A stretch of DNA of 64,000 nt from the human T2T-CHM13v2.0 reference genome, Homo sapiens: assembly GCF_009914755.1 (NCBI RefSeq), contig NC_060933.1, one strand, 5' to 3'. A program made the position numbers and the translations under genes. The stretch's first letter is position 1. The number at the start of each line of letters is the position of its first letter. Under the pieces are notes generated by a model. The model worked only from the letters and a program-made list of their open reading frames with translations, had not been told where the DNA came from and made no database searches. Positions 13,501 to 26,090 of the stretch are shown piece by piece.

Positions 13501-15490
13501 CCATTCCAATCAATTTGATTCCATTCCATTCCATTCCATTCCATTCCATTCCATTCCATTCCACTCCATTCCAGTCCTTTCCATTCCATTCCACTCGGGT
13601 TGATTCCAATGTACTCCTTTCCATTCCTTTCCATTCCATTGCAATCGAGTTGATTCCATTGCTTTGCATTCCATTCCATTCCATTCCGGATGATTCCATT
13701 CCATTGCATTGCATTCCATTCCATTCCCCTGCACTCGGGTTGATTCCATTCCATTCCACTCCATTCCGTTCCATTCCATTCCATTCCATTGTATTCGGGT
13801 TAATTCCATTCCATTCCATTCCATTCCATTCCATTCCATTCCATTCCATTACAATCGAGTTGATTCCATTCCATTCCATTCCATTCCAGTCCTTTCCATT
13901 CCATTCCACTCGGGTTGATTCCATTCTATTTGTTTCCATTCCATTCCATTCCCTTCCATTCCACTCTGGTTGCTTCCATTCCTTTCCATTCCACTCGAAT
14001 ACATTCCCTCCTATTCCACTCGGAACGATTCCATTCCATTCCATTCCATTCCATTCCATTCCATTCCATTTCGTTCCATTCCATTCCATTCCGTATCATT
14101 CCAATCCATTCCATTCCATTCCATTCCATTCCATTCCATTCCATTCCATTGTACTCGGGTTGATTCCATTCCATTGCATTCCATTCCATTCCATTCCATT
14201 CCATTCCGTTGCATTCCATTACATTACATTCGGATTGATTCTATTCAACTCCCTTACTCTCCATTACATTCCATTCCATTCGGGTTGTTCCATTCCATTC
14301 CTTTCCATTCCACTCCATTCCATTGCACTCGGGTTGATTCCATTCCATTCCATTCCATTCCATTCCATTCCATTCCATTCCATTCCGGATGATTCCATTC
14401 CATTGCATTCCGTTCCATTACATTCCCCTGCACTCGCGTTGATTCCATTCCATTCCATTCCATTCCATTCAATTGCATTCCATTACAATTCGTTCCATTT
14501 CATTCTATTCCGTACCATTCCATTCCATTCCATACTATTCCATTCCATTCCATTCCATTCCATTCCGTTCCATTCCATTCCATTCCAATCTATTCGGATT
14601 AATTCCATTCTATTCCATTCCATTCCAATGCAATCGAGTTGAATCCATTGTATTTCATTCCATTCCATTCCATTCCACTCCATTCCGGAAGTTTCCATTC
14701 CATTGCATTCCATTCCATTCCATTCCCCTGCACTCGCGTTAATTCCCTTCCATTCCATTCCATTCCATTCCGTTCCGTTCCATTCCATTACATTACATTC
14801 CGTTCCGTTCCATTCCATTCCATTCCATTCTATTCGGGTTAATTCCATTCCATTCCATTTGATTGCAATCGAGTTGATTCCATTCCATTCCATTCCATTG
14901 CATTCCATTCCATTCCATTCCTTTCCATTCCATTACGGATGATTCCATTCCATTGCATTCCATTCCATTCCATTCCCCTGTACTCGGTTTGATTCCGTTC
15001 CATTCCATTCCAATCCATGCCATTCCACTCGTGTTGATTCCATTCTTTCCATTCCATTCAAGTTGAATCCATTCCATTGCATTCCATTCAATTCGATTCC
15101 ATTCGATTGCACTTGGGTTGATTCCATTCCATTGCATTCCATTCCATTCCATTCCATTCCATTCCATTCCATTCCATTCCATTCAGTTCCATTGCATTCC
15201 ATTACATTCGGATTGATTCTATTCAATTCCCTTACACTCCATTACATTCCATTCCATTCGGGTAGTTTCCATTCCATTCCATTCCATTCCTCTCCATTCC
15301 ATTGCACTCGGGTTGATTCCATTCCATTGCATTCCATTCCATTCCATTCAATTCCATTCCGTTCCATTCCATTCCATTACATTCGGATTGATTCTATTCA
15401 ACTCCCTTACTCTCCATTACATTCCATTCCATTCGGGTTGTTCCATTCCATTCCATTCCATTCCACTCCATTCCATTGCACTCGGGTTGA
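10520..15490 (+). repeat. Internally deleted copy of about 2000-9440 (offset falls from ~8.5 kb to ~6.05 kb)
   Basis: Related ORF pairs 2866/10975, 3030/11139 and 3226/11335 (offset 8109), 4832/12801, then 7461/13515 and 9259/15313 (offset 6054). Shared rare words: TGCAGTCAGGTTG (7321/13380), CCAATCAATTTG, CCAATGTACTCC, CCGGAAGTTTCC. Confidence 0.8.
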
Positions 15491-15920
15491 TTCCATTCCA
15501 TTCCATTCCATTCCATTCCATTCCATTCCATTCCGGAAGATTCCATTCCATTGCATTCCATTCCATTCCATTCCCCTTCACTCGCGTTGTTTCCATTCCA
15601 TTCCATTCTATTCCATTCCATTCCCTTCCTTTCCGTTCCTTTCAATTCCATTCCATTCCATTCCATTCCGTTCCGTTCCATTCCATTCCATTCCATTCTA
15701 TTCGGGTTAATTCCATTCCATTCCATTCGATTGCAATCGAGTTGATTCCATTCCATTCCATTCCATTCCATTCCATTCCTTTCCATTCCATTACGGATGA
15801 TTCCATTCCATTGCATTCCATTCCATTCCATTCCCCTGTACTCGGGTTGATTCCATTCCATTCCATTCCAATCCATGCCATTCCACTCGTGTTGATTCCA
15901 TTCTTTCCATTCCATTCAAG

Positions 15921-18900
15921 TTGAATCCATTCCATTACATTCCATTCCATTCGATTCCTTTCGATTGCACTCGGGTTGATTCCATTCCATTGCATTCCAT
16001 TCCATTCCATTCCATTCCATTCCATTCCATTCCGTTCCATTCCATTCCATTACATTCGGATTGATTCTATTCAATTGCCTTACACTCCATTACATTCCAT
16101 TCCATTCGGGTAGTTTCCATTCCATTCCATTCCTTTCCTCTCCATTCCATTGAACTCGGGTTGATTCCATTCCATTGCATTCCATTCCATTCCATTCCAT
16201 TCCATTCCGTTCCATTCCATTCCATTACATTCGGATTGATTCTATTCAACTCCCTTAGTCTCCTTTACATTCCATTCAATTCCGGTTGTTCCATTCCATT
16301 CCATTCCATTCCACTCCATTCCATTGCACTCGGGTTTATTCCATTCCATTCCATTCCATTCCATTCCATTCCATTCCGGAAGATTCCATTCCATTGCATT
16401 CCATTCCATTCCATTCCATTCCATTCCATTCCATTCCATTCCGGAAGATTCCATTCCATTGCATTCCATTCCATTCCATTTCCCTGCACTCTCGTTGATT
16501 CCATTCCATTCCATTCCATTCCATTCCATTCCATTCCTTTCCGTTCCATTCCATTCCATTCCATTCCTTTCCAATCCATTCCATTCCGTTCCGTTCCGTT
16601 CCATTCCATTCCATTCCATTCTATTCGGGTTAATTCCATTCCATTCCATTCCATTGCAATCGTGTTGATTCCATTCCATTCCATTCCATTCCATTCCATT
16701 CCATTGCACTCCATTACGGATGATTCCATTCCATTGCATTCCATTCCATTCCATTCCTCTGTACCCGGGTTGATTCCATTCCATTCCATTCCAATCCATG
16801 CCATTCCACTCGTGTTGATTCCATTCTTTCCATTCCATTCAAGTTGAATCCATTCCATTGCATTCCATTCCATTCCATTCACCTGCAGTCGGGTTGTTTC
16901 CATTCCATTCCATTCCATTCCATTCCATTCCATTCCGTTCCGTTCCGTTCCATTCCATTCCATTGCATTCTATTCCGGTTAATTCCATTCCATTCCATTC
17001 CATTCCATTCCATTCCATTCCATTCCAATCGAGTTGATTCCATTCCATTCCATTCCATTCCATTCCACTCCATTCCAGTCCTTCCATTCCATTCCACTCG
17101 GGTTGATTCCAATGTATTCCTTTGCATTCCATTCCATTCCATTGCAATCGAGTTGATTCCATTGCGTTGCATTCCATTCCATTCCATTCCATTCCGGATG
17201 ATTCCATTCCATTGCATTCCATTCCATTCCATTCCCCTGCACTCGGGTTGATTCCATTCCATTCCACTCCATTCCGTTCCATTCCATTCCATTGCATTGT
17301 ATTCGGGTTAATTCCATTCCATTCCACTCCATTCGATTCCATTCCATTAAAATCGAGTTGATTCCATTCCATTGCATTCCATTCCAGTCCTTTCCATTCC
17401 ATTCCTCTCGGGTTGATTCCATTCTATTAGTTTCCATTCCATTCCATTCCCTTCCATTCCACTCTGGTTGATTCCATTCCTTTCCATTCCACTCGAATAC
17501 ATTCCCTCCTATTCCACTCGGAACGATTCCATTCCATTCCATTCCATTCCATTCCATTCCATTCCATTCCATTCCGTTCCATTCCATTCTATTCCGTATC
17601 ATTCCATTCCATTCCATTCCATTCCATTCCATTCCATTGTACTCGGGTTGATTCAATTCCATTGCATTCCATTCCATTCCATTCCATTCCATTCCGTTGC
17701 ATTCCATTCCTTAACATTCGGATTGATTCTTTTCAACTCCCTTACTCTCCATTACATTCCATTCCATTCGGGTTGTTCCATTCCATTCCATTTCATTCCA
17801 CTCCATTCCATTGCACTCGGGTTGATTCCATTCCATTCCATTCCATTCCATTCCATTCCGAATGATTCCATTCCATTGCATTCCGTTCCATTACATTCCC
17901 CTGCACTCGCGTTGATTCCATTCCATTCCATTCAATTCCATTCCATTAAAATTCGTTCCATTCCATTCTATTCCGTACCATTCCATTCAATTCCATACCA
18001 TTCCATTCCATTCCATTGCATTCCATTCCGTTCCATTCCGTTCCATTCCATTCCATTCCATTCTATTCGAATTAATTCCATTCCATTCCATTCCATTCCA
18101 TTCTATTCCATTCCATTGCAATCGAGTTGAATCCATTGCATTTCATTCCATTCCATTCCATTCCATTCCATTCCGGAAGATTCCATTCCATTGCATTCCA
18201 TTCCATTCCATTCCCCTGCACTCGCGTTGATTCCATTCCATTCCATTCCATTCCGTTCCGTTCCATTCCATTCCGTTCCATTCCATTCCATTCCATTCCT
18301 TTCCGTTCCGTTCCATTCCATTCCATTCCATTCTATTCGGGTTAATTCCATTCCATTCCATTCGATTGCAATCGAGTTGATTCCATTCCATTCCATTCCT
18401 TTCCATTCCATTACGGATGATTCCATTCCATTGCATTCCATTCCATTCCATTCCCCTGTACTCGGGTTGATTCCATTCCATTCCATTCCAATCCATGCCA
18501 TTCCACTCGTGTTGATTCCATTCTTTCCATTCCATTCAAGTTGAATCCATTCCATTACATTCCATTCCATTCGATTCCGTTCGATTGTACTCGGGTTGAT
18601 TCCATTCCATTGCATTCCATTCCATTCCATTCCATTCCATTCCATTCCATTCCGTTCCATTCCATTCCATTACATTCGGATTGATTCTATTCAATTGCCT
18701 TACACTCCATTACATTCCATTCCATTCGGGTAGTTTCCATTCCATTCCATTCCTTTCCTCTCCATTCCATTGAACTCGGGTTGATTCCATTCCATTGCAT
18801 TCCATTCCATTCCATTCCATTCCATTCCGTTCCATTCCATTCCATTACATTCGGATTGATTCTATTCAACTCCCTTAGTCTCCTTTACATTCCATTCAAT

Positions 18901-21900
18901 TCCGGTTGTTCCATTCCATTCCATTCCATTCCACTCCATTCCATTGCACTCGGGTTTATTCCATTCCATTCCATTCCATTCCATTCCATTCCTTTCCGTT
19001 CCATTCCATTCCATTCCATTCCTTTCCAATCCATTCCATTCCGTTCCGTTCCGTTCCATTCCATTCCATTCCATTCTATTCGGGTTAATTCCATTCCATT
19101 CCATTCCATTGCAATCGAGTTGATTCCATTCCATTCCATTCCATTCCATTCCATTCCATTGCACTCCATTACGGATGATTCCATTCCATTGCATTCCATT
19201 CCATTCCATTCCTCTGTACCCGGGTTGATTCCATTCCATTCCATTCCAATCCATGCCATTCCACTCGTGTTGATTCCATTCTTTCCATTCCATTCAAGTT
19301 GAATCCATTCCATTGCATTCCATTCCATTCCATTCATCTGCAGTCGGGTTGTTTCCATTCCATTCCATTCCATTCCATTCCATTCCATTCCGTTCCGTTC
19401 CGTTCCATTCCATTCCATTGCATTCTATTCCGGTTAATTCCATTCCATTCCGTTCCATTCCATTCCATTCCATTCCATTCCAATCGAGTTGATTCCATTC
19501 CATTCCATTCCATTCCATTCCACTCCATTCCAGTCCTTCCATTCCTTTCCACTCGGGTTGATTCCAATGTATTCCTTTGCATTCCATTCCATTCCATTGC
19601 AATCGAGTTGATTCCATTGCGTTGCATTCCATTCCATTCCATTCCATTCCGGATGATTCCATTCCATTGCATTCCATTCCATTCCATTCCCCTGCACTCG
19701 GGTTGATTCCATTCCATTCCACTCCATTCCGTTCCATTCCATTCCATTGCATTGTATTCGGGTTAATTCCATTCCATTCCACTCCATTCGATTCCATTCC
19801 ATTAAAATCGAGTTGATTCCATTCCATTGCATTCCATTCCAGTCCTTTCCATTCCATTCCTCTCGGGTTGATTCCATTCTATTAGTTTCCATTCCATTCC
19901 ATTCCCTTCCATTCCACTCTGGTTGATTCCATTCCTTTCCATTCCACTCGAATACATTCCCTCCTATTCCACTCGGAACGATTCCATTCCATTCCATTCC
20001 ATTCCATTCCATTCCATTCCATTCCGTTCCATTCCATTCTATTCCGTATCATTCCATTCCATTCCATTCCATTCCATTCCATTGTACTCGGGTTGATTCA
20101 ATTCCATTGCATTCCATTCCATTCCATTCCATTCCATTCCGTTGCATTCCATTCCTTAACATTCGGATTGATTCTTTTCAACTCCCTTACTCTCCATTAC
20201 ATTCCATTCCATTCGGGTTGTTCCATTCCATTCCATTTCATTCCACTCCATTCCATTGCACTCGGGTTGATTCCATTCCATTCCATTCCATTCCATTCCA
20301 TTCCGAATGATTCCATTCCATTGCATTCCGTTCCATTACACTCCCCTGCACTCGCTTTGATTCCATTCCATTCCATTCAATTCCATTCCATTAAAATTCG
20401 TTCCATTCCATTCTATTCCGTACCATTCCATTCAATTCCATACCATTCCATTCCATTCCATTGCATTCCATTCCGTTCCATTCCGTTCCATTCCATTCCA
20501 TTCCATTCTATTCGAATTAATTCCATTCCATTCCATTCCATTCCATTCTATTCCATTCCACTGCAATCGAGTTGAATCCATTGCATTTCATTCCATTCCA
20601 TTCCATTCCATTCCATTCCGGAAGATTCCATTCCATTGCATTCCATTCCATTCCATTCCCCTGCACTCGCGTTGATTCCATTCCATTCCATTCCATTCCG
20701 TTCCGTTCCATTCCATTCCGTTCCATTCCATTCCATTCCATTCCTTTCCGTTCCGTTCCATTCCATTCCATTCCATTCTATTCGGGTTAATTCCATTCCA
20801 TTCCATTCGATTGCAATCGAGTTGATTCCATTCCATTCCATTCCTTTCCATTCCATTACGGATGATTCCATTCCATTGCATTCCATTCCATTCCATTCCC
20901 CTGTACTCGGGTTGATTCCATTCCATTCCATTCCAATCCATGCCATTCCACTCGTGTTGATTCCATTCTTTCCATTCCATTCAAGTTGAATCCATTCCAT
21001 TACATTCCATTCCATTCGATTCCGTTCGATTGCACTCGGGTTGATTCCATTCCATTGCATTCCATTCCATTCCATTCCATTCCATTCCATTCCATTCCGT
21101 TCCATTCCATTCCATTACATTCGGATTGATTCTATTCAATTGCCTTACACTCCATTACATTCCATTCCATTCGGGTAGTTTCCATTCCATTCCATTCCTT
21201 TCCTCTCCATTCCATTGAACTCGGGTTGATTCCATTCCATTGCATTCCATTCCATTCCATTCCATTCCATTCCGTTCCATTCCATTCCATTACATTCGGA
21301 TTGATTCTATTCAACTCCCTTAGTCTCCTTTACATTCCATTCAATTCCGGTTGTTCCATTCCATTCCATTCCATTCCACTCCATTCCATTGCACTCGGGT
21401 TTATTCCATTCCATTCCATTCCATTCCATTCCATTCCATTCCTTTCCGTTCCATTCCATTCCATTCCATTCCTTTCCAATCGATTCCATTCCGTTCCGTT
21501 CCGTTCCATTCCATTCCATTCCATTCTATTCGGGTTAATTCCATTCCATTCCATTCCATTGCAATCGAGTTGATTCCATTCCATTCCATTCCATTCCATT
21601 CCATTCCATTGCACTCCATTACGGATGATTCCATTCCATTGCATTCCATTCCATTCCATTCCTCTGTACCCGGGTTGATTCCATTCCATTCCATTCCAAT
21701 CCATGCCATTCCACTCGTGTTGATTCCATTCTTTCCATTCCATTCAAGTTGAATCCATTCCATTGCATTCCATTCCATTCCATTCATCTGCAGTCGGGTT
21801 GTTTCCATTCCATTCCATTCCATTCCATTCCATTCCATTCCGTTCCGTTCCGTTCCATTCCATTCCATTGCATTCTATTCCGGTTAATTCCATTCCATTC

Positions 21901-24900
21901 CATTCCATTCCATTCCATTCCATTCCATTCCAATCGAGTTGATTCCATTCCATTCCATTCCATTCCATTCCACTCCATTCCAGTCCTTCCATTCCATTCC
22001 ACTCGGGTTGATTCCAATGTATTCCTTTGCATTCCATTCCATTCCATTGCAATCGAGTTGATTCCATTGCGTTGCATTCCATTCCATTCCATTCCATTCC
22101 GGATGATTCCATTCCATTGCATTCCATTCCATTCCATTCCCCTGCACTCGGGTTGATTCCATTCCATTCCACTCCATTCCGTTCCATTCCATTCCATTGC
22201 ATTGTATTCGGGTTAATTCCATTCCATTCCACTCCATTCGATTCCATTCCATTAAAATCGAGTTGATTCCATTCCATTGCATTCCATTCCAGTCCTTTCC
22301 ATTCCATTCCTCTCGGGTTGATTCCATTCTATTAGTTTCCATTCCATTCCATTCCCTTCCATTCCACTCTGGTTGATTCCATTCCTTTCCATTCCACTCG
22401 AATACATTCCCTCCTATTCCACTCGGAACGATTCCATTCCATTCCATTCCATTCCATTCCATTCCATTCCATTCCGTTCCATTCCGTTCCATTCCATTCT
22501 ATTCCGTATCATTCCATTCCATTCCATTCCATTCCATTCCATTGTACTCGGGTTGATTCAATTCCATTGCATTCCATTCCATTCCATTCCATTCCATTCC
22601 GTTGCATTCCATTCCTTAACATTCGGATTGATTCTTTTCAACTCCCTTACTCTCCATTACATTCCATTCCATTCGGGTTGTTCCATTCCATTCCATTTCA
22701 TTCCACTCCATTCCATTGCACTCGGGTTGATTCCATTCCATTCCATTCCATTCCATTCCATTCCGAATGATTCCATTCCATTGCATTCCGTTCCATTACA
22801 CTCCCCTGCACTCGCGTTGATTCCATTCCATTCCATTCAATTCCATTCCATTAAAATTCGTTCCATTCCATTCTATTCCGTACCATTCCATTCAATTCCA
22901 TACCATTCCATTCCATTCCATTGCATTCCATTCCGTTCCATTCCGTTCCATTCCATTCCATTCCATTCTATTCGAATTAATTCCATTCCATTCCATTCCA
23001 TTCCATTCTATTCCATTCCACTGCAATCGAGTTGAATCCATTGCATTTCATTCCATTCCATTCCATTCCATTCCATTCCGGAAGATTCCATTCCATTGCA
23101 TTCCATTCCATTCCATTCCCCTGCACTCGCGTTGATTCCATTCCATTCCATTCCATTCCGTTCCGTTCCATTCCATTCCGTTCCATTCCATTCCATTCCA
23201 TTCCTTTCCGTTCCATTCCATTCCATACCATTCTATTCGGGTTAATTCCATTCCATTCCATTCGATTGCAATCGAGTTGATTCCATTCCATTCCATTCCT
23301 TTCCATTCCATTACGGATGATTCCATTCCATTGCATTCCATTCCATTCCATTCCCCTGTACTCGGGTTGATTCCATTCCATTCCATTCCAATCCATGCCA
23401 TTCCACTCGTGTTGATTCCATTCTTTCCATTCCATTCAAGTTGAATCCATTCCATTACATTCCATTCCATTCGATTCCGTTCGATTGCACTCGGGTTGAT
23501 TCCATTCCATTGCATTCCATTCCATTCCATTCCATTCCATTCCATTCCATTCCGTTCCATTCCATTCCATTACATTCGGATTGATTCTATTCAATTGCCT
23601 TACACTCCATTACATTCCATTCCATTCGGGTAGTTTCCATTCCATTCCATTCCTTTCCTCTCCATTCCATTGAACTCGGGTTGATTCCATTCCATTGCAT
23701 TCCATTCCATTCCATTCCATTCCATTCCGTTCCATTCCATTCCATTACATTCGGATTGATTCTATTCAACTCCCTTAGTCTCCTTCACATTCCATTCAAT
23801 TCCGGTTGTTCCATTCCATTCCATTCCATTCCACTCCATTCCATTGCACTCGGGTTTATTCCATTCCATTCCATTCCATTCCATTCCATTCCATTCCATT
23901 CCGGAAGATTCCATTCCATTGCATTCCATTCCATTCCATTCCATTCCATTCCATTCCGGAAGATTCCATTCCATTGCATTCCATTCCATTCCATTTCCCT
24001 GCACTCTCGTTGATTCCATTCCATTCCATTCCATTCCATTCCATTCCATTCCATTCCTTTCCGTTCCATTCCATTCCATTCCATTCCTTTCCAATCCATT
24101 CCATTCCGTTCCGTTCCGTTCCATTCCATTCCATTCCATTCTATTCGGGTTAATTCCATTCCATTCCATTCCATTGCAATCGAGTTGATTCCATTCCATT
24201 CCATTCCATTCCATTCCATTCCATTGCACTCCATTACGGATGATTCCATTCCATTGCATTCCATTCCATTCCATTCCTCTGTACCCGGGTTGATTCCATT
24301 CCATTCCATTCCAATCCATGCCATTCCACTCGTGTTGATTCCATTCTTTCCATTCCATTCAAGTTGAATCCATTCCATTGCATTCCATTCCATTCCATTC
24401 ACCTGCAGTCGGGTTGTTTCCATTCCATTCCATTCCATTCCATTCCATTCCATTCCGTTCCGTTCCGTTCCATTCCATTCCATTGCATTCTATTCCGGTT
24501 AATTCCATTCCATTCCATTCCATTCCATTCCATTCCATTCCATTCCAATCGAGTTGATTCCATTCCATTCCATTCCATTCCATTCCACTCCATTCCAGTC
24601 CTTCCATTCCATTCCACTCGGTTTGATTCCAATGTATTCCTTTGCATTCCATTCCATTCCATTGCAATCGAGTTGATTCCATTGCGTTGCATTCCATTCC
24701 ATTCCATTCCATTCCGGATGATTCCATTCCATTGCATTCCATTCCATTCCATTCCCCTGCACTCGGGTTGATTCCATTCCATTCCACTCCATTCCGTTCC
24801 ATTCCATTCCATTGCATTGTATTCGGGTTAATTCCATTCCATTCCACTCCATTCGATTCCATTCCATTAAAATCGAGTTGATTCCATTCCATTGCATTCC

Positions 24901-26090
24901 ATTCCAGTCCTTTCCATTCCATTCCTCTCGGGTTGATTCCATTCTATTAGTTTCCATTCCATTCCATTCCCTTCCATTCCACTCTGGTTGATTCCATTCC
25001 TTTCCATTCCACTCGAATACATTCCCTCCTATTCCACTCGGAACGATTCCATTCCATTCCATTCCATTCCATTCCATTCCATTCCATTCCATTCCATTCC
25101 ATTCCGTTCTATTCCATTCTATTCCGTATCATTCCATTCCATTCCATTCCATTCCATTCCATTCCATTGTACTCGGGTTGATTCAATTCCATTGCATTCC
25201 ATTCCATTCCATTCCATTCCATTCCGTTGCATTCCATTCCTTTACATTCGGATTGATTCTTTTCAACTCCCTTACTCTCCATTACATTCCATTCCATTCG
25301 GGTTGTTCCATTCCATTCCATTTCATTCCACTCCATTCCATTGCACTCGGGTTGATTCCATTCCATTCCATTCCATTCCATTCCATTCCGAATGATTCCA
25401 TTCCATTGCATTCCGTTCCATTACATTCCCCTGCACTCGCGTTGATTCCATTCCATTCCATTCAATTCCATTCCATTAAAATTCGTTCCATTCCATTCTA
25501 TTCCGTACCATTCCATTCAATTCCATACCATTCCATTCCATTCCATTGCATTCCATTCCGTTCCATTCCGTTCCATTCCATTCCATTCCATTCTATTCGA
25601 ATTAATTCCATTCCATTCCATTCCATTCCATTCTATTCCATTCCATTGCAATCGAGTTGAATCCATTGCATTTCATTCCATTCCATTCCATTCCATTCCA
25701 TTCCGGAAGATTCCATTCCATTGCATTCCATTCCATTCCATTCCCCTGCACTCGCGTTGATTCCATTCCATTCCATTCCATTCCGTTCCGTTCCATTCCA
25801 TTCCGTTCCATTCCATTCCATTCCATTCCTTTCCGTTCCGTTCCATTCCATTCCATTCCATTCTATTCGGGTTAATTCCATTCCATTCCATTCGATTGCA
25901 ATCGAGTTGATTCCATTCCATTCCATTCCATTCCATTCCATTCCATTCCTTTCCATTCCATTACGGATGATTCCATTCCATTGCATTCCATTCCATTCCA
26001 TTCCCCTGTACTCGGGTTGAATCCATTCCATTCCATTCCAAGCCATGTCATTCCACTCGTGTTGATTCCATTCTTTCCATTCCATTCAAG
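15921..26090 (+). repeat. Higher-order repeat: four tandem copies of a 2.45-2.62 kb unit
   Basis: Units start at about 15921, 18541, 20986 and 23441. An identical 60-aa ORF occurs at 16067/18687/21132/23587 and a near-identical 187-aa ORF at 16839/19294/21744/24359. Unit-specific words: GTACCCGGGTTG (CCCGGG at 16764, 19219, 21669, 24284), ATTAAAATCGAG, CCGAATGATT, TCAATTGCCTTAC. Confidence 0.95.
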
